From Pavona decussata (Eukaryota): a stretch of DNA of 64,000 bases. The translations under genes were made by a program, and so were the position numbers. Location of the stretch: positions 248,001 through 312,000 of the forward strand of contig CDRNST010000263.1 of the NCBI GenBank assembly GCA_977016875.1, written 5' to 3'. The notes under the pieces are model-generated. The model saw only the letters and a program-made list of their open reading frames with translations. It searched no databases and was not told the DNA's origin. Every line of letters begins with the position of its first letter. Within the stretch, counting starts at the first letter, position 1. Shown one piece after another: positions 60,658 through 64,000 of the stretch.

Positions 60658-60854
60658 AAACTCGGATGGTTATCTGCATGAACACAAAAAAATTTAAACT
60701 ATTTTTAATGAATACACGTCATATGCTTACTTAAAAAAAATAAGGAGCAAGGATGTTTTTCAGGTAGATTTTAATCAGTAATTGTAACCGTTGCAGTCTT
60801 TCACTCCAGTACTGATAGTCAGCACATAGTCCCGGTGTCGGACATATTGCGGAC

Positions 60855-60936
60855 TAATCTTGTACCCAGATTTCCCACGGTCTGGCGGCACAGTTTCACA
60901 TTTCCAAACCTGCTGTGAGATCTGAGTACAAGATTA
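60855..60936. mobile_element. Hairpin mini-transposon with 9-bp TSD (second copy at about 63673-63753)
   Basis: ATTGCGGAC | TAATCTTGTACCCAGAT ... ATCTGAGTACAAGATTA | ATTGCGGAC. Confidence 0.8.
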
Positions 60937-61374
60937 ATTGCGGACGTTTCAAGGGTGCCACTAAGGCTGCCTAGCAACCTCTCTGTGATGATGAACTGAC
61001 AGTTTAATATTACTTACGGACATAAAAAATATGTAAAAGGGTTCCCTTTTCTGTCAAAAATGGTATATAAAAGGTTAAGGGTTTGGACCTCCGAGCAGAG
61101 CCTGCCCGTATAAAACTTTCTTGAGTACCCCCCCCCCCCCCACCCCCCCAAACCCAACGATCAACGCTGCATCGCGTTAAAGCCATGACCACGTTGTTAC
61201 TAACAACAAAGGATTTCTGTCAATTAAATATTGATAACCTACGTAGAAATCGCGGAAGCATTTAGAAGTTTTCTTGAAAGTCTCTGGTTTCATTTTCCTC
61301 TTTCTTACCGAGTTGTAATTCTATTAGTTCAACTCCGCCAGTAACATTTTTACCAGTATTTGGTGCTTTTTAAA

Positions 61375-62164
61375 ATGCAGAAAGCGAATCAGTCAGGTAA
61401 CGAGCTCGATCAAGACTTCTCAAAGCCATGGGATCAGAGCGATGTAATTCTCCTTGTAGAAGAACAGCAACTTCATGTTCATCGTCTCATCCTTTCGATG
61501 AGCTCACCCGTCTTCTCCTGGATGTTCGCCTCAGATTTTAAAGAAAAGAATGCTGAAGAAATTCCTCTACCGCGAACGAAAGCAAATGAAATAAGGGAGA
61601 TGCTTTTGGTGATCTATCCGACAAGAATACCAAATGACGAAACTCACTCAAAAGTGTGAAGATTATCTTCTAGAAACTGTGACAAAGAAGCAAGGAGTTC
61701 ATGCAATGGAGACGTTGATTGTCGCTCAGAGCTACAGCTTGGAGAAGGTACTTGCTGAGTGCATCAACAAAACGCAAAGATTGAGTCTTACAGAGGTCAA
61801 ACGCCACGAAATGTACGAACAAATCGAGCCCTTCTCCCAGCGAAAAATGATTGAATTGCAGATGCAGAAAGTCGAGGAGGAGGTTGAAAGGATGAGAGGT
61901 TTGGCTAACGAAGCATTGCGACATTGGGAGTCTGTTGTTTCTTCCCTTGCAAAACATATTCGTTCGGCCAATAAAGCTAGCAACAACCGCCCCGGTGAAG
62001 TTTTGCCACCACGAGTCATGCGCGGAGTGCTTCATGATATGCACTCTATTGAATGCGACAACCAGAATGATCGTGCCATTTGCTGTTCGTTGGCCGAAAC
62101 TTCCAACCCACTTAAAAACCTCCAAAGTAATCTGAAGGAAATTGCGGCTCGAAAACAACTATGA
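61375..62164 (+). pseudogene. BTB/POZ paralogue copy 3, frameshifted by an internal deletion near 61623
   Basis: DFSKPWDQSDVILLVEEQQLHVHRLILSMSSPVF...LLVIYPT, then QEYQMTKLTQKCEDYL in another frame. The roughly 17 codons between these motifs in copies 1 and 2 are missing. Confidence 0.8.
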
Positions 62165-62849
62165 ATATGGTAACTGAGATAGCATATCTTTGGGATAGCA
62201 TGAACACTGAAACATATCGGAAATACTTCTCTTTACACGCTAGTCTGTATGGTAGGAGCATGCAGAAGCGGAATTTATAATATCTATTCGAGAACTAGGC
62301 GCAAGGCTGGTGTAATGTAGTAGATAATGCTTTGTTAAGTTACATTTTTTTGCGTAATAAAATAGAACCAGATGGAGTAACTGCAATTGTACTGATGTTT
62401 CTTTTGTGCAGCTCACGCACCCAAAGATTCCGCGCGCAGGAGTGGTGGAGGAGGGGGGGGGGGGGGGGGGTGGGGAGGGTTGGGGAGGCCGGCAGAGTCT
62501 AGTCCAGGCATTTAAACCCGAGATTTTCTGTTCAAATGTCCCACTGCAGGGCATTTGTGGATGGTCAAACGAGGAACTTTATGTCGTTGAAAATTTGTTA
62601 GAAGTCTACTAAAAGTGATCAACAGACCAGATATGTTGGTGTCAAGATCCTCTGCCAGGCACTCCTCCTCCCTCCACTCACCCCTGTGGCTTCTCATGAT
62701 GGGTGTATTACCCTTAATTTATAGGAAGGGATAATTTCAGGTACACCAAACCTGATGAGTGTTTATTGATCTTCAGCGTAGGTACTAGCCATAAATTTTG
62801 AAAAAAAAATTGTCTTCTCCAAGATTTTACCTTACAAATGGCACCCACA

Positions 62850-63430
62850 ACACGCACCGTTCTACCCTGCCAACAATTACGATGGCGAAAACGACACCAT
62901 CTACGAGCTCCAGGGCTAATTTTGGTACAGATGCCCCAAGTGCATGTTTTCCAAACCATACAAAAGACCACAGGTGAAACCTCAGGGCCTACTTGCACAA
63001 AGTGTACAAATAACAAACGAACCCAAAATAAGATGACTGTTCTCCGAGCCAACACGCAACGCTTCCTGGAAGACAGCGCGCAAATCTTCGACAAGGACGT
63101 GCGTGAGGATAACTGCGGGGGTGCACTTATCCCGCCAAACTGTGCCATCTGTGAAAATCAAGCACGTCGATTTCACTCCTCTCTACTTTATATATAAAAG
63201 CCAAGACCAAACCCTGTGCTAAGGGGCGTCCCGTCATCATCACTAAACCAACACCACCAACCTTTGCGACTACTTTGGGTTGGTCAGCTGTCGTGTCGTC
63301 CCAGCCTATAAGCTCTATTAATTACCTGCTGCCAAGTGCCTACCCACATGAAAAGCAATTGACCTTCCGCGTACACAGTACTTGTGTTGAGAAGGGGACG
63401 GACCAGCCTATGCTTGAGGGGTGGTCCACG
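62850..63430 (+). mobile_element. Decayed Maverick/Polinton (adintovirus-like) protein-primed DNA polymerase B fragment
   Basis: Collinear motifs across frames: NYDGENDTIYELQG*FWYRCPKC (cf. GYD...TVYEFHGCFWHGCPKC), REDNCGG/TYPAKLCH (cf. RDAFFGGRTNAVKLYH), KIKHVDFTPLY (cf. IxYxDFTSLYP), GRPVIITKP, DYFGLVSCRVVP, QLTFRVHSTCVE (cf. KLTFPLCRTCVE). Confidence 0.75.
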
Positions 63431-63633
63431 TGGCTTGGTCCGTATTCGACGCACCAGGGAATTAAAGATGTACGCCTGAATGAAATTTTAAGTTAACCGA
63501 AGGTTTAAACATTCTTGCTCTTTGAAAGTGATTTTCTGCTGCTATTCGGGGCCAACCTCCTTCACCAAGTACAACTCCCCCCCCCTCCCTGCTGCTGCTG
63601 ATCTTGGCCAACCCACTTCACCAAGTACCCCTC

Positions 63634-64000
63634 TAGTCAGCACGTATTCCCGGTGACGAACATATTGCGGACTAATCTTGTACCCAGATCTCTCACGATC
63701 CGGCGGCCATTTTCACATTTCCAAACCTACAATGAGATCTGGGTAAGAAATTAATTGCGGACGTTTTAAGGGTGCCACTAGCAACCTCTTAGCAACCTCT
63801 CTGTGATGATGAGCTGACAGTATAATATTACTTACAAATATAAAAGTATATAAAAGGGTTACCTTTCCTGTCAAAAATGGTATATAAAAGCTTTAAGGTT
63901 AAGGGTTTGGACCACAGGAAAAAACTGTTCCGACAGACATTTGGAAACAAACTTGAACGTGATTAAATATGAATTACACTTTGCCAGGCTTTTTTTGCAT
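63634..64000 (+). repeat. Local duplication: copy of 60816-61089 joined to a copy of 57670-57755
   Basis: Both blocks match by direct inspection; junction at 63913/63914. Confidence 0.85.

Noticed and set aside
61620-61640. Programmed ribosomal frameshift or small intron joining the two BTB3 ORFs
   Set aside because: No slippery site or GT-AG pair, and conserved codons are physically missing, so a deletion explains it.
62440-62490. G-quadruplex-like poly-G/poly-C runs (also 14680, 38030, 40320, 44605, 61128)
   Set aside because: Homopolymer runs mostly inside repeats, with unreliable lengths and no specific evidence of function.

Overview
Intron-containing, AT-rich eukaryotic DNA. The repeat families and gene content point to an anthozoan cnidarian, probably a stony coral (inference). 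Contents: (1) a complete 5-coding-exon ZNFX1 gene (SF1 helicase, NF-X1 zinc fingers, RING-like domain, RZ finger; about 1835 aa) on the minus strand at 373-8913, with a probable non-coding first exon near 11.94 kb; (2) an EGLN1/PHD2 HIF prolyl hydroxylase gene (MYND finger plus 2OG-Fe(II) domain) on the minus strand at about 17.75-24.25 kb, with ACGTG/HRE-like clusters near its 5' end and a CpG-depleted body; (3) about 20 kb of gene-poor, repeat-rich DNA with orphan exon candidates and a possible decayed Cys-loop receptor; (4) three intronless BTB-coiled-coil paralogues on the plus strand (46.4, 49.4, 61.4 kb) at different stages of decay; (5) nested MITEs, Harbinger and hAT remnants, tRNA-derived SINEs and a decayed Maverick/Polinton-type DNA polymerase B fragment (62.8-63.4 kb). 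The most interesting signal is non-coding. Tight clusters of perfect STAT-type GAS palindromes (TTCNNNGAA) lie at the putative ZNFX1 promoter (4 in about 180 bp) and just upstream of BTB copies 1 and 2 (3 each), while the frameshifted copy 3 has only degenerate versions. This suggests a STAT-driven, interferon-free antiviral regulon linking ZNFX1 to an uncharacterised BTB family. That is a hypothesis from manual reading only; no searches were run.
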